Shown: positions 10,369-22,454, counted from the stretch's first letter. The stretch: 64,000 nt of DNA from Patescibacteria group bacterium (GCA_038064835.1 JBBTSD010000001.1:170361-234360), one strand, 5' to 3'. Made by a program: numbers and translations. Notes: a model not told the origin generated them from the sequence alone.

Positions 10369-10529
10369 ATACCATCTCCAACTAATCTCTGAACACCAAG
10401 TCTTGAAAATTGTGGCTGTGACTCGAAGAAAAAAGCTCAATGTATCTATGGATATATTTCACTTTTTTCTTCATCGCCCCAGCCACAATTTCCTACGACT
10501 TTTGTTCAGATCCTACTTGTCGATGGTAT
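10369..10529. repeat. ~160 bp imperfect palindromic intergenic element
   Basis: Ends ATACCATC/GATGGTAT; inner arms TCTGAACA/TGTTCAGA, AAATTGTGGCTG/CAGCCACAATTT, GAAGAAAAAAG/CTTTTTTCTTC. Confidence 0.75.
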
Positions 10530-10617
10530 GACCTCTCTGATTTTCTGTGGATAGCGCCAAAAGGCACTATGCCATGTGTCATACTATGTGGTGCCGCTTA
10601 GCACTAACAGACAAGAC

Positions 10618-11679
10618 ATGGATTACGCGCAACTTTTCAAGAAGTACATTAATGTCCTTGTGCATGAAGGCGGGTCCGACCTGCACTTCTCGACCGAGGC
10701 GCACCCCACCATCCGTGTCGCGGGCATGCTCACACCACTCCTCAAGGAACCTGTTTTGCGCGCCGAAGACACGCTCGGATTTGCTGACCACCTCCTTTCA
10801 AAAGAACAAAAAGACCGGTTCATCAAAGACCACGAAGTAGACTTTGCATACGAGACAGCCGATGGATATCGTTTGCGCGGGAACGCGTTCTTCCAACGAG
10901 GTTCAATCGGAGTTGTATTGAGGCTCATTCCGAAGCAAATAAAAACGATTGCCGAGTTGAATCTTCCCCCGGTAGTCGAGACATTTGCGCGCAAGTCTCA
11001 GGGATTTTTCTTGGTGGTTGGCCCAGTTGGGCAGGGCAAGACCACCACACTCGCAGCACTTCTCGAGATGATTAATCTTGAGCGCATGGAACACATCATT
11101 ACCATCGAGGACCCGATTGAGTATGTGTATACACCAAAGCAGTCAATGATTGACCAACGCGAAGTGCGTATCGATACCAAAGATTTTGCCACCGCGCTTC
11201 ACTCCGCATTTCGTCAGGATGTCGATGTTATTCTCATTGGTGAAATGCGTGGTGCCGAAACCATGTCTGCGGCAGTTACTGCGGCAGAAACAGGACATTT
11301 GGTCTTTTCGACACTACATACCAACAATGCGGCGCAAACCATCGATCGCATCATAGATACCTTTCCATCAACACAGCAGGATCAGATTCGCCTTCAGCTC
11401 GCCTCTTCGCTTGCTGGTATATTCTCGCAGCGCCTTATACCGCGTGTGTCTGGTGGGCTAATCCCGACATACGAGTTGCTGATAAACAACAAGGCAGTTT
11501 CAAACCTGATTCGTGAGAAAAGGACGCATGAAATCAATACGGTCATTGAAACTTCCTCCGAAGAAGGCATGATTGATATGAATCGGTCGCTTGCCGAACT
11601 GGTTGCACGCGGCGAAATTACCGTAGAAAATGCCTACTCCTACTCTCTCAATCCTAAGGTTCTCGACAAACTTTTGTAA
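10618..11679 (+). CDS. pilT: type IV pilus retraction ATPase PilT
   Basis: SDLHF, GPVGQGKTTT, IEDPIEY, RQDVDVILIGEMR, AAETGHLVFSTLHT. Confidence 0.93.
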   Translation: MDYAQLFKKYINVLVHEGGSDLHFSTEAHPTIRVAGMLTPLLKEPVLRAEDTLGFADHLLSKEQKDRFIKDHEVDFAYETADGYRLRGNAFFQRGSIGVVLRLIPKQIKTIAELNLPPVVETFARKSQGFFLVVGPVGQGKTTTLAALLEMINLERMEHIITIEDPIEYVYTPKQSMIDQREVRIDTKDFATALHSAFRQDVDVILIGEMRGAETMSAAVTAAETGHLVFSTLHTNNAAQTIDRIIDTFPSTQQDQIRLQLASSLAGIFSQRLIPRVSGGLIPTYELLINNKAVSNLIREKRTHEINTVIETSSEEGMIDMNRSLAELVARGEITVENAYSYSLNPKVLDKLL

Positions 11680-11697
11680 AATAGGAGACTTCACATC

Positions 11698-12906
11698 ATG
11701 GCAGTCTTTTCATACAATGCGGTTGACCAGGAAGGTAACCAGCGGAAGGGGACAATCGACGCAGTCAATATGGATGTGGCGGTTACCGCACTCCAGAGGC
11801 GTGGCCTAGTTGTTGCGGGTATCGATGAAGCACAAAAGCCATCGGCACTTTTCGAACGACTTAATCTGTTCCAAGGTGTGAGTAATCGCGATGTCGTGAT
11901 GCTCTCGCGCCAGATCACTACGCTTTTCGAAGCTCAAGTTTCGGCACTGCGCACATTTCGGCTTTTGGCATCCGAGGCTCGCACGCCACTGCTGAGTGAG
12001 AAACTCACAGAAATCGGAAATGATATCCAGAGTGGTAGTACGATCTCGGCAGCGCTTTCCAAACACCCGAGTATGTTCTCGGCATTTTATGTAAACTTGG
12101 TGCGTGCCGGTGAAGAGTCTGGAAAGCTCGATGAAACATTCTCTTTCCTCGCCGACTACCTCGACAGAAACTATGAAATCACACAAAAAGCCCGCAACGC
12201 GCTTATCTATCCCGCCTTCGTGACTGCCACATTCGTAGTTGTGATGGTTATGATGATGACATTGGTTATCCCGCGTCTTTCAGCGATTCTGACCGAAGTG
12301 GGTCAAGAGGTGCCGATCTACACCAAAGTGGTCATTGGCATCAGCACATTTATGACAAATTACTTCCTCCTATTCGCTCTGGCGGTTGTCATCGGCGCTG
12401 TTCTTTTGTTGCGTTACAGCGGCACTGAGGGTGGGCGACTAGCACTCTCACAAACGCGACTTCGTATCCCGCAAGTAGGGCTCATCTACCAACAGCTATT
12501 TCTTTCGAGACTTACCGACAACCTCAGTACTATGTTGCGAAGCGGTATTCAAATGGTGCGGGGGCTCGAGGTTAGCTCATTTGTGGTGGGGGATGCGGTA
12601 TATGAACGGATACTGACCGAAGCGACGAACGATGTGAAAGGTGGTCTTCCTGCATCAGAAGCATTTCGCAAGCATCCTGAGATTCCAGGTATCGTTGTTG
12701 CGATGATAAAGATTGGTGAAGAGACGGGAAACTTGAGTAAAATTCTCGATACGCTTGCGCGATTTTATCGTCGCGAAGTTTCAAACTCTATTGATACTTT
12801 GGTCGGGCTCATTGAACCGTTCATGATCGTCGGACTTGCCGTAGGTGTCGCATTTCTCCTTGCCGCAGTGCTTATCCCGATTTACAACATATCTGCTGGA
12901 TTCTAG
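11698..12906 (+). CDS. pilC: PilC/GspF platform protein
   Basis: Duplicated GspF domains: AGEESGKL, ALIYP, IGEETGNL, LIEP. Confidence 0.93.
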   Translation: MAVFSYNAVDQEGNQRKGTIDAVNMDVAVTALQRRGLVVAGIDEAQKPSALFERLNLFQGVSNRDVVMLSRQITTLFEAQVSALRTFRLLASEARTPLLSEKLTEIGNDIQSGSTISAALSKHPSMFSAFYVNLVRAGEESGKLDETFSFLADYLDRNYEITQKARNALIYPAFVTATFVVVMVMMMTLVIPRLSAILTEVGQEVPIYTKVVIGISTFMTNYFLLFALAVVIGAVLLLRYSGTEGGRLALSQTRLRIPQVGLIYQQLFLSRLTDNLSTMLRSGIQMVRGLEVSSFVVGDAVYERILTEATNDVKGGLPASEAFRKHPEIPGIVVAMIKIGEETGNLSKILDTLARFYRREVSNSIDTLVGLIEPFMIVGLAVGVAFLLAAVLIPIYNISAGF

Positions 12907-13066
12907 CAAGTCATGATGCATTTCATGGTTATCCACAGTGATTTTGCACGGGGAGTAGAGAAGCATATAATGGGGGCACACTGGTCGTGTAACAATTAAT
13001 TACTAGGACGCCCAATACAACATGGGTGTGCGGGGGTAAAACCCCATTATAAATTTTCAAGAAAGT

Positions 13067-13516
13067 ATGTTTAAGAAAGAGAAGCGCGGCTTCACGCTCA
13101 TCGAATTGCTCGTGGTCATCGCCATCATCGGGATCCTCTCGTCAGTTGTGCTCGCATCGCTCAACAGCGCACGCAAAAAGGGTCGTGATGCTCGTCGTAT
13201 CGCAGATGCCAAGCAGCTCCAGCTCGCGCTTGAGCTCTATTACGACGCCCAGGGAAGCTATCCTGCGGCCTTGAGCGCTGCAAACTTGGTCACCCCTGGA
13301 TACATCGCCGCAATTCCAGTTGATCCAAGTGGTGGTAGCTATGCCTACGATCAGGTTTCAAGCGGATCAGTGTACTACCTCGGTGTAAACCTCGAGACTT
13401 CCGGTCATTCAGCTCTTTCAACAGATGCTGACAGTGCTGGTACAAATGTTGAGGGAAGTGACACTGACGGCTGTGGCAACGAAGTTGGTCGCTACTGCTA
13501 CGACGTACGCCCATAG
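13067..13516 (+). CDS. type IV pilin (probable major pilin)
   Basis: RGFTLIELLVVIAIIGIL cleavage motif; own promoter (TATAAT near 12967) and terminator; C-terminal Cys pair. Confidence 0.9.
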   Translation: MFKKEKRGFTLIELLVVIAIIGILSSVVLASLNSARKKGRDARRIADAKQLQLALELYYDAQGSYPAALSAANLVTPGYIAAIPVDPSGGSYAYDQVSSGSVYYLGVNLETSGHSALSTDADSAGTNVEGSDTDGCGNEVGRYCYDVRP

Positions 13517-13547
13517 GTTCCGCACGACTTGTCGGAGCACTATGCTC

Positions 13548-13580
13548 AAGAGAACCAGGACACTGTCCTGGTTCTCTTTT
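13548..13580 (+). terminator. rho-independent terminator
   Basis: AAGAGAACCAGGAC-ACT-GTCCTGGTTCTCTTTT hairpin after the pilin gene. Confidence 0.8.
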
Positions 13581-13589
13581 GCTTATGCA

Positions 13590-13746
13590 GGATTTGTGAA
13601 CATACTATGTCTCGCTACACCGTCTTGTAAAATCTCATTGCGGATAGCGAGGAGCGAAGCGAGCGCAAAAGCAGGTTCGGGGCTCTGCCTCGGGGGTGAA
13701 TACTGTTTATTTGGAATACGCTCGAATACATCACCTTCACAAATCC
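13590..13746. repeat. ~157 bp element with 11-bp terminal inverted repeats
   Basis: GGATTTGTGAA / TTCACAAATCC ends; internal GAGCGAAGCGAGCG motif. Confidence 0.45.
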
Positions 13747-13769
13747 CGTGCTGTATACTGAGAACTCTC

Positions 13770-14618
13770 ATGTACGAAATTTTGATAGGCATACACGCGG
13801 TCCTTGGCCTCATTATCGGGAGTTTTCTTAATGTGTGCGTGTTGCGACATAATACCGGTCGCTCACTACAGGGCAGGAGTGGATGTATGTCTTGTGGTTC
13901 GACGCTTCAGGCACGGCACCTTGTTCCAGTTTTGTCTTGGTGCTTTCTGCAAGGTCGTGCCGCCTGTTGCGGAGTGCGTATTTCAAAGCAGTATCCTATA
14001 GTCGAGCTTCTCACGGCCTTTCTGTTTGCATTCATTGCAGTGTTAATGTTCCCACCCCTCCTACATACGGTTGCCCTGTTCCTTGTATGTCTCCTCATCC
14101 TTATCACTGTATACGATGCTCTGCACACGGTCATTCCTGACGAATGGGTGTATGCATTTTTGGTAACAGCAATCATATTTCGGAGCATCATCTTGCTTGG
14201 CACGGGCGATAATCTGTTTGAAACGGTGCTCTATACACTATTTTGTGCAATAAGTATCGCAGCCCCACTTTACTTCTTATGGTTCATAACACAGGGTCGT
14301 GGCATCGGATTTGGCGATGTAAAACTGGGTCTTGGTATTGGCGCTCTCCTAGGATTGGCAAATGGTTTGCTTGCGCTAGGGCTATCGTTTGTGGTTGGGG
14401 CGATTTTTTCAGTCGGGATATTGTTACCACTTCCATGGTACATTCGTATTTTTAAGGGGTGTGGACTACTTGCTAATACTCCGAAACCTTCGTTTACAAT
14501 GAAGAGCGAAGTTCCCTTTGGTCCATTTCTGATTTTTGGGACGCTTTTGATATGGTTTCTAACTCTCACCTTTGGCGAGACAAGCATACTTGGCTTTCTC
14601 GGGCTGGCTTCTCTCTAA
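13770..14618 (+). CDS. pilD: prepilin peptidase
   Basis: GSFLNV, RSGCMSC...CC, YPIVEL, GFGDVKL, VPFGPFL; real start ATG 13770. Confidence 0.92.
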   Translation: MYEILIGIHAVLGLIIGSFLNVCVLRHNTGRSLQGRSGCMSCGSTLQARHLVPVLSWCFLQGRAACCGVRISKQYPIVELLTAFLFAFIAVLMFPPLLHTVALFLVCLLILITVYDALHTVIPDEWVYAFLVTAIIFRSIILLGTGDNLFETVLYTLFCAISIAAPLYFLWFITQGRGIGFGDVKLGLGIGALLGLANGLLALGLSFVVGAIFSVGILLPLPWYIRIFKGCGLLANTPKPSFTMKSEVPFGPFLIFGTLLIWFLTLTFGETSILGFLGLASL

Positions 14619-15151
14619 TCGAGCTTCTGGTAGTCACTGCAGTGCTGGTGGTGATTAGTAGCATTATTCTCGCCAACAACGCAAAGTTCGGTGGTGCTAT
14701 AACGCTACGCAACCTTGTGTACGATATGGCCTTGTCCGTGCGGGAAGCACAGACCTACGGTATCTCCGTGCGCAAATTTGGCTCGGGTGCGGGGGAGTTT
14801 GGCGCAGGGTACGGTGTTCATTTTCAACTATCAAGTCCAAGCGAGTACACAATTTTTGCCGATGCCGTCCTGTCCAATGGTCTGTATGATAGTGGCGAAG
14901 TTGTCCAACTCATCAACATAAATGGTAACTACCGCATCGTAAATTTGTGTGCGATACCAGCCGGAGGGAGTACAGAATCTTGTGGGTACAGCAAAATAGA
15001 TGTTCTTTTTGTTCGGCCCGAACCTGACGCTTATATTCGAATCAACGACGGAACGACGGTATACCAAAGCGCAAAGATTACCGTGCAATCTCCTCGCGGC
15101 GACCTTCTGTCGGTCTTGATTGAGGCAACTGGTCAGATCTCAGTGCAATAG
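14552..15151 (+). CDS. minor pilin
   Basis: AGFSLIELLVV N-terminal motif. Confidence 0.85.
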   Translation: MVSNSHLWRDKHTWLSRAGFSLIELLVVTAVLVVISSIILANNAKFGGAITLRNLVYDMALSVREAQTYGISVRKFGSGAGEFGAGYGVHFQLSSPSEYTIFADAVLSNGLYDSGEVVQLININGNYRIVNLCAIPAGGSTESCGYSKIDVLFVRPEPDAYIRINDGTTVYQSAKITVQSPRGDLLSVLIEATGQISVQ

Positions 15152-15152
15152 T

Positions 15153-15713
15153 ATGAGCAAACGAGGATTTTCACTGATCGAGATGATGGTGGCGGTAGCA
15201 CTTTTCTCGATTGTCATGGTTGTCTCAACTGGTGCGCTTCTTGCACTGGTCAGTGCCAATAGAAAAGCCCAAGCACTCCAGTCAGTGATGAACAACCTTA
15301 ATACTGCTGTTGACGGTATGGTGCGTGCGGTGCGCATGGGCGCTACATTTCATTGTGGGAATACAGGGTCATATGGCACTGTCCAAGATTGTATAAATGG
15401 AGATACTCTCTTTGCATTCGAGCCATTTGGAGGTACTTCGGCAACGACAAATGATCAATGGGTGTACTGGTATGATGCCAGCACAAAAAGAATAAAAAAA
15501 TCTGAGAATGGTGGAGCCACGAATTTCACACTCACTGCTCCCGAAGTGGAAATAGATGAAGCAACTTTCTATGTACTAGGCTCAACTGAGGGTGATGCAG
15601 TACAGCCCAAGGTGGTGATTGTTGTGCGTGGGACTGCCGGAGCGGGGAATGCAAAGACTCGCACCACATTCAATATCCAAGCAACTGCAGTGCAACGAAT
15701 ACTTGATCTATGA
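15153..15713 (+). CDS. minor pilin
   Basis: MSKRGFSLIEMMVAV. Confidence 0.85.
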   Translation: MSKRGFSLIEMMVAVALFSIVMVVSTGALLALVSANRKAQALQSVMNNLNTAVDGMVRAVRMGATFHCGNTGSYGTVQDCINGDTLFAFEPFGGTSATTNDQWVYWYDASTKRIKKSENGGATNFTLTAPEVEIDEATFYVLGSTEGDAVQPKVVIVVRGTAGAGNAKTRTTFNIQATAVQRILDL

Positions 15714-16261
15714 TTTCTTTTACTCCACATACTAAATACGGAAGAGGATTTACTCTTATCGAGACGCTGGTGGCGGTATCGCTCTTAGTCGTAGCGGTTG
15801 CAGGTCCTATGTCGCTTGCCGCGCAAAGTTTGTCGTCGGCGTTTTACGCGCGCGACCAGGTGACCGCGTTTCATCTAGCCCAAGAGGCGGTGGAAGCGGT
15901 GCGCAGTGTGCGCGATAACAATGTACTTTTGAATATTGAAGGGACACAGACCGATCTTCTTTCAGGGATACCGAGTACAGACGGGGATCCTTTCACTATC
16001 GATACACGAGATAACACTATGACAGCATGCATCAGCGGAACATGCGGCAAATTGCGTAATAACGGATCACTATACGGATATGGGGTCGGGGGAAACTGGG
16101 CGGACACCAGGTTTACTCGGACTGTTCGAGTTTCGATGGTCGATGGTGGGACTGACGAAATAGAAGTTCTTGTTGAGGTGCGCTGGCGGTCAGGCGCGTA
16201 TCAAGAACGGTCATTCACAATAGCTGAAAATTTATATCGTTGGGTCTATGATGGTACATAA
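15710..16261 (+). CDS. minor pilin (PilV-like)
   Basis: RGFTLIETLVAV; A..LAQEAVEAVR. Confidence 0.85.
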   Translation: MISFTPHTKYGRGFTLIETLVAVSLLVVAVAGPMSLAAQSLSSAFYARDQVTAFHLAQEAVEAVRSVRDNNVLLNIEGTQTDLLSGIPSTDGDPFTIDTRDNTMTACISGTCGKLRNNGSLYGYGVGGNWADTRFTRTVRVSMVDGGTDEIEVLVEVRWRSGAYQERSFTIAENLYRWVYDGT

Positions 16262-16264
16262 AGT

Positions 16265-16726
16265 ATGCGCATAAAAAATAATCAACGAGGGTTTACGCTT
16301 CTGCTGGCAACGATTACGGCCTCACTCTTGCTTATTTTAGGGGCAGCAATTTTTTCCATTACCAAAAAAGAAGTCATGCTCTCTTCGATTGGTCGCGATT
16401 CACAGTTTGCGTTCTATGCCGCGGATACTGCTGCAGAATGCGCACTTTATTGGGATGTTCGACATGATGCGTTTAGCTCAACAACTTCCTTCACCACGGC
16501 AACTTGCGATGCGCAAAGTCTTGGGGCTCTTACATTTGTCGCTTATGGGACACCGATGACTTTTGAATATCAGCCAAATGGGTACTGTGCTCGTGTCTCT
16601 GTGACAAAGAATAACGACCCAAATCAACCCGAAACAACAGTGTATTCTCGCGGATACAACTCAACCTGCTTAGGGATAGAAACCAATCCCCGTGCACTTG
16701 AACGAGCGGTACAGCTGACTTACTAA
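16265..16726 (+). CDS. PilX-like minor pilin
   Basis: RGFTLLL without Glu5; AFYAADTAAECAL. Confidence 0.8.
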   Translation: MRIKNNQRGFTLLLATITASLLLILGAAIFSITKKEVMLSSIGRDSQFAFYAADTAAECALYWDVRHDAFSSTTSFTTATCDAQSLGALTFVAYGTPMTFEYQPNGYCARVSVTKNNDPNQPETTVYSRGYNSTCLGIETNPRALERAVQLTY

Positions 16727-16736
16727 TAGTTTCAAG

Positions 16737-16763
16737 AAAATACCCCTCGTGTAGAGGGGTATT
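16737..16763. terminator. bidirectional terminator
   Basis: AATACCCCTC-GTGTA-GAGGGGTATT between convergent genes. Confidence 0.7.
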
Positions 16764-17340
16764 ATCGATATCGTGCGATGAGTGTATCCAACGCGGTCGC
16801 TTCGTTGTGTGCCCGAAGAACAGACTCCTGGTGACCTGCGACCACATGGAATTCGTTTAGAATGTACACGATGCCTGCCCAGGTTGAAAAAAATATAGCA
16901 AGTGTCATACCAACAAGTCGGGCATCTTGGAATGTGGGTACCAACCAAGGGAGTATGAACGCGGAGAGCCATGGCGTCACAAACATAATGACCGCGAAGT
17001 GAGGTATCATATTTCCCGGCTCTTCAAAGAAGTGACCAACGGGATCTCTGCGGGTGTGCACTAAGGAACTCAATGACCTGATTTCAGGTTTGGTCGTTGC
17101 TATCTCCCAGAGGTACTGCATGTGTGTCCGTGAGCGGGATGGCTTCATGGACTCACTTGGGCCGACGAATGGCTCTATCAGGCTTGCGATTCTAAACTCG
17201 GGTTCCCTGAGTGCTTTTTCCAGGAGAGGATGGGAAGGTGCAAGTGCCTTAAGAATCTCAGACATGAGCGTGTGCTGATTTGGAGCACCGCTAAAACTTT
17301 CTTCAAGCGAGGTTAGTTTCTCAAGGATGGTTGAGTCCAT
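16762..17340 (-). CDS. hypothetical membrane protein
   Basis: 192 aa ORF with two C-terminal TM segments; fills the gap before ligA. Confidence 0.55.
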   Translation of the reverse strand: MDSTILEKLTSLEESFSGAPNQHTLMSEILKALAPSHPLLEKALREPEFRIASLIEPFVGPSESMKPSRSRTHMQYLWEIATTKPEIRSLSSLVHTRRDPVGHFFEEPGNMIPHFAVIMFVTPWLSAFILPWLVPTFQDARLVGMTLAIFFSTWAGIVYILNEFHVVAGHQESVLRAHNEATALDTLIARYR

Positions 17341-17358
17341 GAATGTCTCCCTGTCTAA

Positions 17359-19742
<2,384 letters not shown>

Positions 19743-19747
19743 CCAGT

Positions 19748-21163
19748 ATGGATACAGCGAAGCTGACAATTGCCGGTGCTCGTCGCGCGCTTGATGCGAA
19801 GGAATATTCTGCAGTCGAGCTTGTACGCGCGTTTCGCACGGTAGCAGAAAAAGAAAACCCTGCACTCAATGCCTACCTCGAAATTTTTTCTGACAGCGAA
19901 CAGCAAGCAAAAGAGGCTGACATCACTATCGCACAAGGGTCCGCAGGGCCACTTACCGGAATCCCATTAGCAATAAAAGACAACATTCTTATCAATGGGC
20001 ATCGCGCAGGCGCCGCTTCAAAGATTCTTGAGGGCTATGTCGCTCCGTACGATGCTACGGTCATAGCACGACTTAAAAAACAGCATGCTGTTTTTATGGG
20101 GCGTACTAATATGGATGAATTTGCCATGGGAAGTTCCACGGAAAATTCCGCCTATGGAGTAACCAAGCACCCGCTTGATCCGACACGAGTGCCTGGTGGA
20201 TCATCTGGTGGCTCGGCGGTGGCGGTGGCGGCGCACCTTGCACTTGGTGCGCTTGGCTCCGACACGGGAGGCTCAATCCGTCAGCCTGCGGGGCTTTGTG
20301 GCGTTGTGGGGTTAAAGACCACATACGGGATGGTGTCACGCTACGGACTCATGGCGATGGGTTCATCACTCGACCAGATTGGGCCATTTGCGCACACGGT
20401 CGAAGACGCACGACTGCTTTTTGATGCAATCAAAGGACATGATTCACTGGACAGTACTTCCTTGCCTAACGGATTTTTTCCTAACGATGCAGGGCTTAAA
20501 AAGAGAGTCGGTGTCCCGCGTGCATTTCTGCAAGCGGGAATTGATGCAGATGTTCTTGCACGGTTTGAAGAAACTCTTGCGTACCTAAAAAAACAGGGGC
20601 ACACCATCGTTGATGTTGCTATCCCGTCGCTCGCTCATGCCCTTGCGGTGTATTACATCATCATGCCAGCAGAAGCGTCGACTAACCTCGCGCGTTTCGA
20701 CGGTATCCGCTTCGGACTTTCAGTCGACTCCGATGATATTATCGATGTCTACAAGAAAACCCGAGGAATGGGTTTTGGGAGAGAAGTACGACGACGGATA
20801 CTCGTTGGCACATTCGTTCTTTCATCTGGGTATGTTGATGCGTACTATCGCAAAGCGATTGCTGTACGCAATGTGATTCGCAACGATTTCAAAAAAGCCT
20901 TTACCGATGTCGATGTTATCGTGACACCAACTTCCCCGACTCCCGCGTTCAAGGCGGGAGAAAAAGAAGATCCGCTTGCTATGTACGCGGCTGACATATT
21001 TACCGTGCCAGTCAATTTGGCGGGAGTGCCGGCTATCTCGGTGCCGACGGGTAGTGTGGCGCGCGATGGAATTAATTTGCCAGTGGGTTTCCAGATTATT
21101 GCTCCCATGGGACGCGAAGACAGACTGTTTACTGTTGGGTCGGTGGTTGAAAAAATGGAGTAA
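19748..21163 (+). CDS. gatA: Asp/Glu-tRNA amidotransferase subunit A
   Basis: IKDN, TNMDEFAMGSSTE, PGGSSGGS, GSDTGGSIRQPA. Confidence 0.97.
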   Translation: MDTAKLTIAGARRALDAKEYSAVELVRAFRTVAEKENPALNAYLEIFSDSEQQAKEADITIAQGSAGPLTGIPLAIKDNILINGHRAGAASKILEGYVAPYDATVIARLKKQHAVFMGRTNMDEFAMGSSTENSAYGVTKHPLDPTRVPGGSSGGSAVAVAAHLALGALGSDTGGSIRQPAGLCGVVGLKTTYGMVSRYGLMAMGSSLDQIGPFAHTVEDARLLFDAIKGHDSLDSTSLPNGFFPNDAGLKKRVGVPRAFLQAGIDADVLARFEETLAYLKKQGHTIVDVAIPSLAHALAVYYIIMPAEASTNLARFDGIRFGLSVDSDDIIDVYKKTRGMGFGREVRRRILVGTFVLSSGYVDAYYRKAIAVRNVIRNDFKKAFTDVDVIVTPTSPTPAFKAGEKEDPLAMYAADIFTVPVNLAGVPAISVPTGSVARDGINLPVGFQIIAPMGREDRLFTVGSVVEKME

Positions 21164-21172
21164 CATATTCAT

Positions 21173-21964
21173 ATGGATTCTGAAGGAGGAATAAACCCGG
21201 CCACTATACTTGCAGGAATTATTGCACTCGCTTTTTTTTCCCCATTTGCGGGCGAGATTGTTTTTAAATGGGTTCCAGCGACACTTAGTGTCGTCACCGG
21301 TGTAGAAATGGACGGGGACCTTCGTGATATCCCAGCTCCACTGGTCGTCTCTGTGCCACTTGCCCCGGTCCTCGTAGCTGAAGAGCCAGGGATGTTCTCT
21401 GGAGTTATGCGCCAAGCTTTGCTTGCACAAGCGGCGCCCGCCTACGACGCGGCAGTGGGGACCGGTGGTATTACCGGAGATGTCACGCGCGCGTGGAGTA
21501 TTTTTGCACCCATTTCTATTTTCGTGTCGCTGATGCTTGCTGTGGGTATTTTATATTCTATTTTCCGCATTAGACAGATTCGAAGAGATGAGAAAGCGAT
21601 TTGGAATGCTGGAGTCACCGCAGGAGGAGAGAGTGCTGTTCAGGAAAAAACAAATGCGCGCTGGCAGATGATTGTTGAGCATGTAAATACTGAGAATCCG
21701 AACGATTGGAGGCAGGCAATACTCGAGGCCGATATCATGCTTGACGAGCTCATCACCGCACAGGGATATCACGGGGACTCGATGGGAGATAAAATGAAGC
21801 AAATAGAACGGAGTGATTTCAATACCATTGATTTGGCATGGGAAGCACATAAAATCCGCAACCGCATTGCACACGAAGGCTCTGCCCATAGTCTCAATTC
21901 TCGCGAGGCGCGTCGTGTTGTATCGTTGTACGAACAAGCCTTTCGCGAATTTGAAATAATTTAA
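21173..21964 (+). CDS. membrane-anchored protein with C-terminal HEPN-like domain
   Basis: TM segments, then AILEAD..LD and WEAHKIRNRIAHE. Confidence 0.65.
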   Translation: MDSEGGINPATILAGIIALAFFSPFAGEIVFKWVPATLSVVTGVEMDGDLRDIPAPLVVSVPLAPVLVAEEPGMFSGVMRQALLAQAAPAYDAAVGTGGITGDVTRAWSIFAPISIFVSLMLAVGILYSIFRIRQIRRDEKAIWNAGVTAGGESAVQEKTNARWQMIVEHVNTENPNDWRQAILEADIMLDELITAQGYHGDSMGDKMKQIERSDFNTIDLAWEAHKIRNRIAHEGSAHSLNSREARRVVSLYEQAFREFEII

Positions 21965-21987
21965 TGCCCGCACGAATGCGGGCATTA
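21962..21987. terminator. hairpin terminator
   Basis: TAATGCCCGCA-CGAA-TGCGGGCATTA. Confidence 0.75.
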
Positions 21988-21988
21988 C

Positions 21989-22099
21989 GCGGCCTTGCGC
22001 TGAGTTGCTAGGCGCTCTGGGAGGAACGCACTCCAATCCTCGATGCGGATACGGTAGAGGAATTTGAGTGAATTCGCTCAGCTTGCCTTGGTTCACCAC
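21989..22099 (-). ncRNA. candidate structured ncRNA of unknown family
   Basis: Minus-strand stems GTGGT/GCCGC, GCTGAG/CTCAGC, CACTC..CCTC/GAGG..GAGTG, GCGTTC/GAGCGC; promoter-like sequence upstream and hairpin downstream. Confidence 0.4.
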
Positions 22100-22142
22100 T
22101 ATTGCTAGTATTAATAAGTTGTTTGCAATGCATACAACTTAT

Positions 22143-22193
<51 letters not shown>

Positions 22194-22214
<21 letters not shown>

Positions 22215-22423
22215 CAGCCAAAATCAAAAATGCCCCTTGTGGGGCATTTTTGTTTTTGTTGCTGTGCGGAGGGCTGGACTCGAACGGGAGGGGGTCGGGG
22301 AACGGGAGTTCCCCGTGGAGGAGAGTAGCGAACGAAGCAAAGCGGAGTGAGCGTTGAGAACCGTGGGTTCTCAAGGAGGAGCGCCGAAGGACGCGACGAC
22401 TTCGCAGTCCAGCCCCCGCAACA
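22194..22423. repeat. tRNA 3'-end inverted copy plus direct copy
   Basis: Inverted copy ending at 22285; 18-bp direct repeat AGTCCAGCCCCCGCAACA at 22199-22216 and 22406-22423. Confidence 0.8.
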
Positions 22424-22454
22424 AAAAAGCTCTCCCCAAAAGGAGAGAGTAGAA

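Noticed and set aside
12929-12937. Replication origin suggested by a perfect DnaA box
   Set aside because: Single box with no cluster and no dnaA or dnaN nearby
13425-13769. N-terminal extension of the 397-aa pilD ORF
   Set aside because: Runs through the pilin end, a terminator and a repeat; homology starts at ATG 13770, which has a -10 box just upstream
21985-22077. Minus-strand frame ANSLKF...QRKAA* resembling a tmRNA tag
   Set aside because: No tRNA-like acceptor or T-arm domain, and the region is far too short for tmRNA; kept only as an unknown ncRNA candidate
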